From the human T2T-CHM13v2.0 reference genome, Homo sapiens, in assembly GCF_009914755.1 (NCBI RefSeq), contig NC_060928.1: a stretch of 64,000 nt of DNA. One strand, given 5' to 3'. Positions 45,570 to 57,670 of the stretch are shown here, in pieces (positions within the stretch are counted from its first letter, which is position 1; each line of letters starts with the position of its first letter). The position numbers were made by a program, and so were the translations under genes. The notes under the pieces are model-generated. The model was given only the letters and a program-made list of their open reading frames with translations. It was not told the DNA's origin and did no database searches.

Positions 45570-46289
45570 GGTTTTTAAAACAACACTGTCATCTACCCTC
45601 ATAGTCATTGTCAAACTACACTCAGATTTGCTTTTTCACTGATTATTGTGTAGGTAAATTCTGTAAAAGTGCTGTTACATGAAGTCTTATGCTTTGAGAA
45701 GCCTAAAAGGAAAACACATTTATGGAAAGGTTTTTATACCATCCTTAAGAGTTAGGTGTTGAGTACCTGATCTCTTTTAAGAAAGAACATAACAAAACAT
45801 TTATTTCTTCTACCTCTTTATGCAAAGTGCTTCATGTACATTATGTATCAGTTGGCCCTCACATGAGCCTTATGAGATAATCAGAGCAAATCTTCTCTGA
45901 ATTTTCCAGGGTCCCACTTAGTAAGCTGATGATTAGATTTAACACAAGACTCCTAGTGCTCTTCTAAACACACTACGTCACTGAGCTCTTTCAAGAAATA
46001 GAGTAGCAATGAGAATAAAACCCAAGAAGTCTTGACAAAACTCTTGGATTATGATTCTGATAATGGTACCAAGATGTTTTCACATAAAAATGTGGTAAAT
46101 ATGTGGACTGTGGTGCTACAGGTTAGCCATGCTTTCAAGTTTTGTACAAAGTACTCTATATTCTTACATGCTACAATTGATTTCATTCCTCTAACCTCAA
46201 ACTAAAACTTCACTTTTCTGCTGTTAAATATGCCTTTTGATCACATAGATACCTCAGTGCGCATCAGCTGGCACTCCTGTCAGAAGACG

Positions 46290-46530
46290 GTGATGCACAG
46301 TAATTGGAAGCAAAGTCTTTGGGGTCAGATCTGCTCCAGTCCCGGCTCTTGTCGATTTTACTAGTGTGACATTTGGCAAATAGCTATCTCTGCGACTTAG
46401 TTTCTCCATATATAAAATGGGAATATAATGCCTCACAGTGCTTTCCTAAGGATTAAATCATAAAAATGTGTATGAAGCTCTGCATAACTAGTACCCTGCA
46501 CAGCAATGCTGCAAAGTGGTAGATGTTATT
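46290..46530. mobile_element. MIR
   Basis: tgtgacatttggcaaa...agtttctccatatataaaatgggaat core. Confidence 0.65.
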
Positions 46531-47299
46531 CTTACTGATGAGTTGCTATGACATTAAGACTTGTTTTATACATTTTATGTTCTTTGCAAAACTGGAGCCC
46601 CAGAAAGAATACAAAGTGAGCTTCTGTTCCCACTTCTCCCAGAATAGCCTAGGATGGGCAACCATGTAAAATTCAATAAAAATCCAACCTTCTAACTAAC
46701 TCGTGGTGTTGGAGAGTATTAAGCATTTGAAAAGTTCAGGTAGAATTTTCATCCTTTTTGAGCTCTTTCCTAGCTGCTTTGCTGTGATATATCTGTCACT
46801 CCAGATGAGGGAGTAGTGGTGGAAAAGGAATGCATTCTCAGATTCATTGTTGGTAGTTCAAAAGAAAATAAGTAACCTTATTCATTCTCTGAAGTACTTT
46901 CCACCACTACTACAACTGATCCAAGAAAACAATTTCCCATTGGATGGTATTATTCAGAGTGTTATTAACAATCAGTCCTGAATTTTTCAGAATAGTACTA
47001 AAGTTGTCTTTTTTTTTTAATGGGTTCCTTCCTTCAAGGTTATAATAAAGCTTTTTTATAACCTTCAAAGAATACAAAGTGGAATTTGTAATTTATAGGA
47101 TATACATTCCTAGTTTACAGGTAACTATTTAAAGCTGCCAAATTTAGATAAAGATGCCTCCCCTTTAAATTGCCCCCTTTAAATTCTATGGCATGTCTCA
47201 CTTAAGAGTTACAAATATTCAGAATATTCATGGCAAACATGGCAAACGGCAGTGAGGGAATCTAAGTGGTCAAATTCCTAGAAATACTTGTCCTCAGCA

Positions 47300-47313
47300 C
47301 CACTAGGTGGCAG
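47300..47313 (+). promoter_or_regulatory. Candidate CTCF site CCACTAGGTGGCAG
   Basis: Matches the core consensus CCACYAGRKGGCRS. Confidence 0.6.
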
Positions 47314-47676
47314 TAGTTGGTTGAGGCTGTGAATGATCGGTAACATAATCACTAGTAGTGAAGCCATCACAGATGCTAGCAATGACTTAGGAGTCTCCCA
47401 CAGCTGGTCAGACAGGCATTCTGTGAAGCAGATGGCCAGTGGACAGTGTGAGCCTATCAGACTTGAATTAATTGAGGAAATAAATGAGCGGAATGAAGTA
47501 TACAGACCTTTGCTTGGTAAAAGAATAATTTGGAGAGGGGACTAGCATCTTACCACCTGGAGTAAAAAATGGTATCATAAAAGATCTATTCAAGCAATAT
47601 TCCAAAAGCCTTCTGAATTCTTTCTAGTGCTCCTTTTGTATATCATTGATAGAGAATTCATCTCATGTTTTCTTAG

Positions 47677-47842
47677 CTAAAGAAGCACACAAACCCCCTG
47701 TGTTTATTGAGAAGCTCCAAAACACAGGAGTTGCTGATGGGTACCCAGTGCGGCTGGAATGTCGTGTATTGGGAGTGCCACCACCTCAGATATTTTGGAA
47801 GAAAGAAAATGAATCACTCACTCACAGCACTGACCGAGTGAG
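47677..47842 (+). CDS. PALLD: Palladin exon (KEAHKPPVFIEKL...IFWKKENESLTHSTDRV), Ig5
   Basis: tcttag| acceptor, AG|gtaaga donor, 166 nt. Confidence 0.97.
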
Positions 47843-48366
47843 GTAAGACTGCACAATGAGAACCTGATCCTTAACTGTTCAGTCCTAATGATGTATCAAA
47901 AGATACATTTTATATAGCATGGAAATCTATGTGTAAAAGCCACATAGATGTTTTGATTTTTGATGAAATCAATCAAAGACAAAAACCATGCGTTACCCAA
48001 TGTAGGATTAAGCTTTTAGAAGGAAGCTATGGGTGTTTGATCTAATGGTGATTTCTTAAAAGTGTTTATCATTCTATCTAAAAGAAAAGATGAATTCATT
48101 TGCTTTAGTGATAAAAGACTATTCAGTGGTTTTTGTAAAGGCAGATCCTCAACTAGGAATTAAGCACACAGATGTATTCAACTCTTGACGTCTGTTCTTT
48201 CTCCCATTAACTTTAATGGAGCTAGTAATCTCTACAGAATAAGTATGACCCTATTATCAGCTACTTGCACAATTCTGTTTCTAATGATCTAATTAAAAAT
48301 GATGCTTCATGTCCAAAGCCACTTTTAAAAAATTTAGAACCCTAATGACTTTATCCTTTTCTCCAG

Positions 48367-48500
48367 CATGCACCAGGACAACCACGGCTACATCTGCCTG
48401 CTCATTCAGGGAGCCACAAAAGAAGATGCTGGGTGGTATACTGTGTCAGCCAAGAATGAAGCAGGGATTGTGTCCTGTACTGCCAGGCTGGACGTTTACA
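48367..48500 (+). CDS. PALLD: Palladin exon (MHQDNHGYICLLI...DAGWYTVSAKNEAGIVSCTARLDVY), end of Ig5
   Basis: ctccag| acceptor, A|gtgagt donor, 134 nt. Confidence 0.97.
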
Positions 48501-48654
48501 GTGAGTGCCACTTCATCTCATTTCATTGCGTTTACTCATTAAATTATGAAAAATTAGACATCTGGACAGCAAATCACATTACTCTTTATAAACAACTATT
48601 GTGTTTTATTTGTCAAAAAAATTCATATTGCTCTCTCTCTCTTTCTATTTGTAG

Positions 48655-48668
48655 TTTCTCGACATTAA
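48655..48668 (+). CDS. PALLD: Alternative C-terminal exon coding ISRH-stop (exon runs to about 48700)
   Basis: (CT)n tract plus ttgtag| acceptor; A+TT TCT CGA CAT TAA; donor CAA|gtatca at 48701. Matches the recalled ...VYISRH terminus. Confidence 0.85.
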
Positions 48669-49634
48669 TAGTGAACCACACCAGGAGAACAAATACCCAA
48701 GTATCATTCAGGAACTTTGAATTATTAGCAAAATATGCATGTTGATTTCTCTTACATTGGCTAGTTAGTTGTGGCTTCCTTACTCAAGCATCCTTAGGAG
48801 TTAACAGTAGGCAAAGGCATAACCATGTTTTTCACATGTTCTTGTTACTGTGTTCTGCAAATGACTGCCTTTTAACATTTCTTCCTATATTCTATCGCAG
48901 TGTCCTAATGCACTCTAAACGTGTGTTCCATTGATCCTGGAATGCGTACTTTTGTGGCTTAGTGCTTTTCTCATTAATATATCTTAAGCAGCCAGCAGTA
49001 GACTTGTGTTTGTATATTTGTGTACATGCATCCCAAATTTAAAGAAAATTATTCCTATTGAATTTACAGTCTAGTACAATCAGCATTATGTTATCCATTG
49101 ACATAAAAAAAACACTAGAAAAAAATTAAGAATTTATTTAAGAATTTATTTCAGATTTTGCCTCTTCTTGAAATAACTATGTGAGGGTCATCAAGAAATG
49201 TGTGGCCTCAACCTTCCCTACTGTACGATTCCTTTCAGTTGATTAGTGTTAAAGCATCCACATCCAGCAGAATTCCTAAGTGCTATAATTATTTTAGAGA
49301 AAATATTTTTTAAAAGGAGAGGGGGGATGAGAATTAGGAAGCTTATCAGCTATTCCAAAGGATTCCCTGTGCTGCAGTGTTTACTTAAAAAAAAAAAAGA
49401 TAAACTACACTTGACCTTTGTAATCTAGCTGCTTTATTCCCACTATCCTGTATAGACAGTAAATCTGCAACATGTGAGTAAAATGCAAAAGTGTTCCTAA
49501 ATTTTCCATGTTTCTACCATGGATGTGTTCAGGTGCCTTGCATCTATCTAGACATTCTGTATTTATTTGAAATATCTAAAGGCTTTCCAAGTATATCTTG
49601 ATTAAAAATCTTAATTTACTCTTTTTCTTTGTAG

Positions 49635-49807
49635 CCCAGTGGCATCAGCAGTCACAGAGCACCAAGCCAAAAAAAGTACGGCCCTCAGCCAGTCGCTATG
49701 CAGCACTTTCGGACCAGGGACTAGACATCAAAGCAGCGTTCCAACCTGAGGCCAACCCATCTCACCTGACACTGAATACTGCCTTGGTAGAAAGTGAGGA
49801 CCTGTAA
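49635..49807 (+). CDS. PALLD: Coding part of the last exon (TQWHQQSQSTKPKKVRPS...ALVESEDL-stop)
   Basis: ttctttgtag| acceptor; A+CC = Thr; TAA at 49805-49807; total CDS from ATG 1323 = 2019 nt. Confidence 0.95.
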
Positions 49808-50526
49808 TCCAGCATTCTTGTTAAAGCTGAAACACTGAAACAGCCATTGCCTTGACCAACATATTCCTTTGTCACATTATGTAAAAGGCAGAAACATACC
49901 TTTGACTATAAGAAATTAAAAAAAAACACCAAAATAATATTTTTCTTACTTGATATACCAAACTTAGTTTAAGTAGATAATGCTAATACAAATATACACA
50001 TTGCACAGAAAATACACATTTACTGTCCAATTTAAAACTTTGGAATTGCTGTGATTAAAGTGATCAAAATGCCAAAATACTAAAGGAAATCAATTGTTCA
50101 CAGGTAACTACAATTTGTATTATCTACAAGTGCCTTTAAACACAAGATATAGGTGCTGTGTAGCCTGATAGTGTGAAATGTTTAATGAGGGAGTTGTACC
50201 ACAAACAGTACTACAATGATTCTGAAGCACAGTGTATTCAGACAGATACAGTGAACCAAGTGCAATATGTAAGGATGAAAGAAGAAGAGATGACAAAGAA
50301 ATCCAAGTAAATGCCTTGTCTTTGCAAATGTTTTTATATTAAATCATAAGGAAGGAACTACTTGCCTTAAATGTTAATATCAAAAGAGTTTTCTAACAAG
50401 GTTAATACCTTAGTTCTTAACATTTTTTTTCTTTATGTGTAGTGTTTTCATGCTACCTTGGTAGGAAACTTATTTACAAACCATATTAAAAGGCTAATTT
50501 AAATATAAATAATATAAAGTGCTCTG

Positions 50527-50532
50527 AATAAA
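50527..50532 (+). terminator. Possible proximal polyadenylation signal AATAAA
   Basis: Canonical hexamer about 720 nt into the 3'UTR; downstream GU element not obvious. Confidence 0.4.
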
Positions 50533-51818
50533 GCAGAAATATATTACAGTTCATTCCACAGAAAGCATCCAAACCACCCAAATGACCAAGGCATATATAG
50601 TATTTGGAGGAATCAGGGGTTTGGAAGGAGTAGGGAGGAGAATGAAGGAAAATGCAACCAGCATGATTATAGTGTGTTCATTTAGATAAAAGTAGAAGGC
50701 ACAGGAGAGGTAGCAAAGGCCAGGCTTTTCTTTGGTTTTCTTCAAACATAGGTGAAAAAAACACTGCCATTCACAAGTCAAGGAACCCAGGGCCAGCTGG
50801 AAGTGTGGAGCACACATGCTGTGGAGCACACATGCTGTGGAGATTGCAGTGTGTCTGAGGTTTGTGTAGTAGTGGAAGATTTTAGGTATGTAGAGCAAGT
50901 TGAAAATGGATTGAGACTGCATGGTGGCATAAATGAGAAATTGCCTGTAGCATCTAGTCTACTTGAAGGAAGTGGAGACATAAGGAGAGACAAAAACAGG
51001 TTTGTGCCATAAAGTATTTTTTCAAAGACACCAAGATGTGGTAAATGAAAATTATTAGTTCACTTCCCTGCTGCCATGAAACTTTGCCTTAAGAAGGTGC
51101 TGGATTCCAAGGTTTGTAAAGGCATCTCGGTAAAGACTGCTTTTTGAATGCATATGATTTTGCATCAGCTAGACTGAGTTGATTCTGACCAGACTTGATG
51201 GTTTTAAGTCGGAACCGATAAATTTTAAAAAGGAGAAAAAATAATTTGACCTAGTAGTATAAAACATGAGGCTTTAATGGTACTTTGCTATGAAAAGAAA
51301 ACACTGTATTCCTTATGCAAAACACATGTATCTTTCATTATTTATAAGTGGCCTCTCTTAGCTCAGTTACTCAATTCATACGTAGTATTTTTTAAAATAA
51401 TTTTATATCTGTGTACCACCCCATATATTTCATATTACTGTTTCACATGTACAGCTTTCTACTTCTTTGTAAGAACACCAACCAACCAAGGTTTAAGTGA
51501 TTAATAGGCTTGAGCACCGGGTGGCAGATGTTCTATGCAGTGTGGTTCAAGTTTCTTTGACCGCACTTATATGCATTGCTAATATGGAATTTAAGATACC
51601 ATACACAGTCTCTCATGGACCTATCTCTATTGTAGAATTATGACTTATGTCTTACTTGCCAAATTTTTCTGAATGTGACCTTTTTTTGCTGATTTGCTGG
51701 GTTTGGGATTAACTAGCATTATTTTGCCACCTTTATATTGTATTTATAAAAAAAAAAGTACTATCAATCAATCATACTACTTTGGATTGTTGTGCTGGTG
51801 TAATGTGGATTTAACATC

Positions 51819-51866
51819 AATAAATATTTGACAAATAATAGTTGCAGTTTTGTGAAGCAAAATAAA
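51819..51866 (+). terminator. Distal polyadenylation signals AATAAA (51819-51824 and 51861-51866)
   Basis: Two canonical hexamers followed by T/GT-rich sequence. Confidence 0.8.
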
Positions 51867-51871
51867 TATTC

Positions 51872-52470
51872 AGTTTTAGTTTTCTGTTGCTGCCATAACA
51901 ATTAGCATAAACTTTGAGTGATGTTTGAGGCTTCAGCATCACTCATTTATTACTCACAGTTCTGTAAATCAAGTTCGGGCAGGATGTAGCTGGGTTCTCT
52001 GTTCAGGATCTTATAAAGCTAAAATCATTGTATCAGCTGGACTGTATTCTCATCTGGAGCTCAAGATCCTCTTCAAAATTCAAGTGGTTGTGATAGCTCT
52101 GTGCAATTGTAGAAGAGACGTCTCCTTTAGTCCCTCAGCCAGGAGCTCTCTCTCTCAGCTCCTGAAGGCCGCCTGTATTCCTTGCCATGTAGCCCGCTCC
52201 ATCTTCAGGGTTAGTGGTGAGAATCTCCTTCACCTCAGATCCCTCTCACACTTTCTCTTTGTCAAAGGCCCAGTCCCTTTTAAATTACGTCAGGCCCATC
52301 CAGATAATCTCCCTTTCTTAAAGTCACCTGACTTTGGGAACCTTAATTACATCTGCAAATCCCTTCAAAGCAGCAGCTAAATCGCCATTTGATTGGAATA
52401 ACTGAGAGAAGGTGTGTATACACCAGAGGATGGGGATATTAGGGGCCATCTTACAGTTCTGCCTGCCACA
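51872..52470. mobile_element. MaLR LTR (MLT1E/F-like)
   Basis: ttagttttctgttgctgccataacaa...atttattactcacagttctg...ggggccatctta...ttctgcctgccaca. Confidence 0.75.
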
Positions 52471-53044
52471 GCAATGTACTGTAGGTATGCATGTAAATAC
52501 ACACCAGTGCCATGACGTACAAGGATACATAAAATACAGCAAGATGATATAAATTAAAAGTGAGGGGAAAAGGAAGAAAGTAAGTATAAATGGAACAAGG
52601 AATGAGATATTACACACACACACACACCCATATTCATATACACATATAGCATTAATATCTACATAGTTACAACAGACGGACAACATATTTGGGCCTAGGC
52701 TTTCCTACTACGGGAAAGAGAAAGCTGGTCATTTATCTAATTCACAGCCTCCATAAGGTGAAAATATTTCATCTTTTACATATGCAATATAATGGAGCTT
52801 TGAGGATACATTTGAATTAGACTAGAATTGTGTATTTCACATTGTCTTCTATACCCCATGACTTGCTATGTAGTTTACAAGATTCATTATATATTTTAAT
52901 GCTGAATTTGTCCTTGATTTTCCCTTTTATGAACATGCATAACATGACAATCCCCTTGGCTTGCTCAGTAGCTACAACCTCCTTTATCATCATGTAAATT
53001 TAGTTTGACCCCTTTAAATTATAGAAATACAACTTCTATATTAT

Positions 53045-53280
53045 GGTGGTGAGGAACTTGAGTGTTGGAGTTGGCCAACCAGGATTTGAATCCTAGCTCT
53101 TTTGATCATGTGTGACCCATAAGCAAGTTACTTTACCTCCCCAAGCCTCAGTTTCCTTATTTGGAAAATGGAGATTAAAATAGCACCCCTCTCTTTGTGC
53201 TGCTGTGAAGATTATATGGGATGATAATTTTGACATGGTACCTGGCACATAGTAAGAGCTCAATAAATTTCAGCTATTAT
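53045..53280. mobile_element. MIR
   Basis: tgtgacc...aagttacttt...ccaagcctcagtttcctt...aaaatggagat core. Confidence 0.75.
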
Positions 53281-54679
53281 TTTAGTGTAGTTGGAAACTA
53301 AAGTAAAATTTCAATTACAAAATGTGTACACACCTAACAAAATTCCACAGATGGTTAAAATTTGTGAACTTGGATGGGAAAAACATTACCCCCTAGCTGA
53401 AATTTAGAATTTCCTTCAATTATGAATGTAGGCAACAAAACACAACAGTATAAAATACCTGGGACTGTCCTAGTAAAAATTATATTACAAATATTGAAAT
53501 ATCTTAAAATCCATCTAAATTCAGCATTACTTCAAAATTATGGCAGTTGTTAGAGTTACCAATAGATGTAATTTATAGGCATGTGTATTATAAATTTGTT
53601 TTTAATACTTTGATAATTACTTAAAAATAATTTGTTTTATGTATTTTATGCCTCCATGAACATTATTTTGAGAAGGGATCCAGAAGATTTACCAGAGGGT
53701 CAAAAAGGCATATGGCACCAAAAAAATTAAGAACCAGGCCCTACAGAAGCTTAAATACGTAGAAAAGGATAAAAAATTTGAGGAAAGCCTAATTTGTCAT
53801 TAGTAGAAGAAGGAACAAAACTAATTAATTCATACAATGAAATATTACTTACTATTCAGAGTTAAAGGTAAAGAAATGGATTTACTTCTATTGGCAGGGA
53901 TAAATATGAAAAACAGCATTTGACGAGGAAGGGAAGTTACATAAGAGTGATGTCAGCAAGATGGCTGACTAGAGGTTCCTGGCATTCATCCCCCCAAGAA
54001 AGGATCAACAAATGAACAAACAGTTAACATTCAACTGAAGTGTCAAAGGAAGAGCACTGGAGTGCAGTGGGGGTAGCTGCGGTCACTGAAAGTCCAGAAG
54101 GCAGCATGGAGACACCTTGTCTCTGCTGCCCATGCCCCTGCATCCCCCAACTCTGACTGGCCTGGAGTCAAGAGGAGAAACTTTCCTTTGCTGGGAAAAC
54201 GTAAGCAGAGCCCCATCAGCCCCCATTACCACTGCAAACACCTACAATCCTTACTACAGGAGAATTCCACAGTCCTCACAAGCCCTGAACCGACTTTAGA
54301 GAGCCACTGTCGATTGCACAGCTGCATTCCTCTGGATTAGGAACATGAGATATGTACTCTCCACCCCTTAGGTGCCTGCTGTGGGGCCCAGTAGCAAATG
54401 CACCTCTCCAGCCCAGCGGCTCTGTCATTCCACCAAGCACACATGGGTGGCTGCAATGCCACAACCCTGGAGGCTCAGAACCTGGGCCCAGGATTGGCTG
54501 TGACTCTGGTTCTGCACAGCAGGAAAACCAACCATCATTGCCTGAACTTCCAGGCAGAGAAACAGTCTAGCAAATTCTCCCAAAGCATACATACCTACCC
54601 TTGAGCTGGCCAAACTGGGCCCCTGAGCTGCTAAGCACCTGACATGCCCTCAGGCCAGAACCAGTACCAGCCTATCTCC

Positions 54680-55190
54680 TAAGCCTGAGAAACAGCCCAA
54701 TGCCCCCTACCTCCATGGACATGCCTCCAGGCCTACCCAGTGGAACTGTGCCCAGGCTAGGGTATGAGAAACAGTCCAGTGGGCCCAATCCCAGCATACA
54801 TGTCCCTAGACCTTCCCAGCAGCCCTGTGCCCATGCCCAGGGCCTGAGAAACAGCTTGGGAGATTAACTTCCAGTAGACACACCCCTGGGCCAGGTGAGC
54901 TGTCACATGACCATGCCCAGGGCCTAAGAAAGAGCCCCATGGGGTCAACCCCCATGGACACACCCCCTGGCTGGCTGAGAGGCACACCACTGTCCCAAGC
55001 CCAAGAAACAGCCCACTTGGCCCACCTCTGGCAGACACACCCCCAGGCCAAATGAGCATGCCTGTACCCAGGGCCTGAGAAACATCCCTGTGGCCCCAAT
55101 CCCAGCAAGCAAGACCCCAAGTTGGTTGACACCATTCACACACATGCCCCCAATTTGAGAAACAATCCAGTGAGCCCACCCCAGCAAAGC
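54680..55190 (+). repeat. Diverged ~79-bp tandem array (about 7 units) in the old L1 5'UTR
   Basis: Anchor (t/c)(g/a)agaaa(c/g)a at 54686, 54765, 54845, 54925, 55002, 55076, 55156. Confidence 0.85.
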
Positions 55191-57529
55191 TGCACCACCA
55201 CTGCTACAAATTCTCACAGCCTAGGCCACTGGGCACTTACAAACATCAGCAGACTGGATTACAGCTGAAGAATCTGCACAGACACTACAGTACTGCATCC
55301 ACCTAGAACCAAAGCCAACACACCCCCCCTAACTGACACTATAAGATCCTCCAATACAAATACGTCTTTCCCTACAAAACCTTTCATCAAATTAGAAGAG
55401 GTGACTGTTCTACCAGATGCATAGAAATCAACATCAAGGAACATATCAAACATGAAAAAACAAGAAACCATGATACCTCCAAAAGAACACAATAATGCTC
55501 CAGTAACACACCTTAATCATAAGGAAATATGTGAAATGCCATAAAAAGAATTGAAAATAATAATCTTAAGGAAGCTCAGTGAGGTAAAGAGAATATAGCT
55601 AAACTGTTCCCTCAAATCAGGAAAGTAATTCATGATTTGAATGAGAAATTCAACAAAGAACATAAAAAAAAAAAACCCAACAGAAATCTTAGAGTTGAAG
55701 AATTCAATGAATAAAATAAAAAATGCAATCAAGAGCTTCAACAACAGATTAGACAAAGCAGGGGAAAGAATTTCTGAACTTGGAGGTAGGCCTTTTGAAA
55801 TAACTCATGCAGACAAAAAAAAAAGAATAAAGAAAGCCTACAGAATGTATGGGACACTGTTAAGTGAACAAATATTTGCATTTTGGAACTCCAGATGGAG
55901 AAGAGAAGGAAAAAGGTATAGAAAACAGATTTAATGAAATCACAGCAAAAAACTTCCCAAGTTTTGGAAAAGAGATGAACATCTAGCTCTAAGAAGCTTA
56001 AAGTCCCCAAAGAGATTCAACCTAAACAGTTCCTCTCTGAGGCACATTATAGTCAAATTGTCAAAAGTCAAATACAAAGAAAGAATTCTAACAACAGCAA
56101 GAGAAAAACGTCAAGTCACATATAAGGGAATACCCATTAGGCCAACAGCAGATAGCAGAAACCTTACAGGCCGGGAAAAAAAGAAATAATATATTCAATG
56201 TACTAAAAGAAAAATATTGCCAGTAAAGAATATTGCTTTAATATTCTTTATTAAATATAAGCAAAGCTATTCCTCAGAAATGAAAGAAAATAAAGTCTTT
56301 TTCAGATATGCAAAAGCTAAGGGAAGACTAGCCTTACAAGAAACACTCAAGAGAGTTTTAGATCTGGAAGTGAAAAGACAATAACCACCACCATGATGAA
56401 AACAAATGAAATTATAAAATTCACTTGTAGAGCTGATATACAAAAGAGAAAGAGAAAGGAATCAAACCTTATCACTACAGAAAACCACTAAGCCACAAAA
56501 ATAAACAATAAGGAGGATTAAAGAGAAAGGAATATACAACCGGAAAACCATCAATAAAACGACAAGAGTTAAGTCCTCACCTACCAATAAATAACCTTGA
56601 ATGTAAATAAATTAAATTCCCCAATTAAAAGACGTTGAATGAATGAATGAATAAAAAAACCATGCAACTATATGCTGCCAAATAAAAACTCACCTCACCT
56701 GTAAAAGACACACAAAGACTGAAAGTGAAGGGATGGAAAAAAATAATCAATGCAAACAGAAACAAAAAGTGAGCAGAAGTAGCTATTCTTATGTCAGATA
56801 ATACAGGCTATTTAAGTAAAAAGTGATAGAGACAAAGAAGGACATTATATAATAATAAAGGTATCAATTCAGCAAGAAGACATAACAATGGTAAATATAT
56901 ATGCACCCAACACTGAAGCACCCAGATATATAAAGCAAATATTATTAGATCTAAAAGGAGAGATAGACCTCAATAAAATAACAGTTGGGAACTTTAACAC
57001 CCCACTTTCAGCACTGGACAGATCATCTAGACAGAAAATCAACAAAGAAACATTGGATTTAAACTGTACTACAGACTAAATGGACCTAACAGACACCTAC
57101 AGAACATTTCACCCAACAGCAATAGAATACACATTCTTTTTATCAGCACATGGAACATTCTACAGGATTGACCATATATTAGGACACAAACCAAGCTCAA
57201 AAAATTTTTAAACACTGAAATCATATCAAGTGTCCTATCTGACCACAATGGAATAAAACTGGAAATCAATAACAAGAAGAATATTCAAAACTGTACAAAT
57301 ACATGGAAATTAAACAACATGCTCCTGACTGACCAATGGATGAAGGAAGAAATTAAGAAGTAAATTTTAAAATTCCTTGAAACAAATGAAAACAGAAACA
57401 CAACATACCAAACCCTGTGTGATACAGCAAAAGCATGATTAAGAGAAGTTTACAGCAATAAACATCTATATCAAAAAAGTAAAAAGAGTTCTAATAACCG
57501 AATGATTCATCTTAAGAATCTAGGAAAAA

Positions 57530-57670
57530 ACTGGGCATAGTGGTGCACACCTATAGCCCCAGCCACTCAGAAGGCTCGGGCCAGGTTGCTTTGAGGCCAG
57601 GAATTTGAGACTACAGCACACTCCAATTTGGCCTGTGAAAAGCCACTGGCAAGACCCAGTCTCCAAAACA
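57530..57670 (+). mobile_element. FAM-like 7SL-derived monomer inside the old L1
   Basis: Alu-like start plus gcctgtgaaaagccactg (7SL/FAM-type segment); imperfect flanking duplication aagaa.ctag.aaa. Confidence 0.65.

Larger units (their letters stand above)
49808..51885 (+). other. PALLD: PALLD 3'UTR (~2.05 kb; end approximate)
   Basis: AT-rich sequence with no recognisable interspersed repeat, between the stop codon and paired AATAAA signals, followed directly by repeats. Confidence 0.8.

Noticed and set aside
53155-53164. CArG consensus CCTTATTTGG
   Set aside because: Inside a MIR core downstream of the gene; likely chance
54680-55190. CRISPR-like repeat/spacer periodicity
   Set aside because: The between-core segments resemble each other, the DNA is human and the array sits in an L1 5'UTR; it is a tandem repeat
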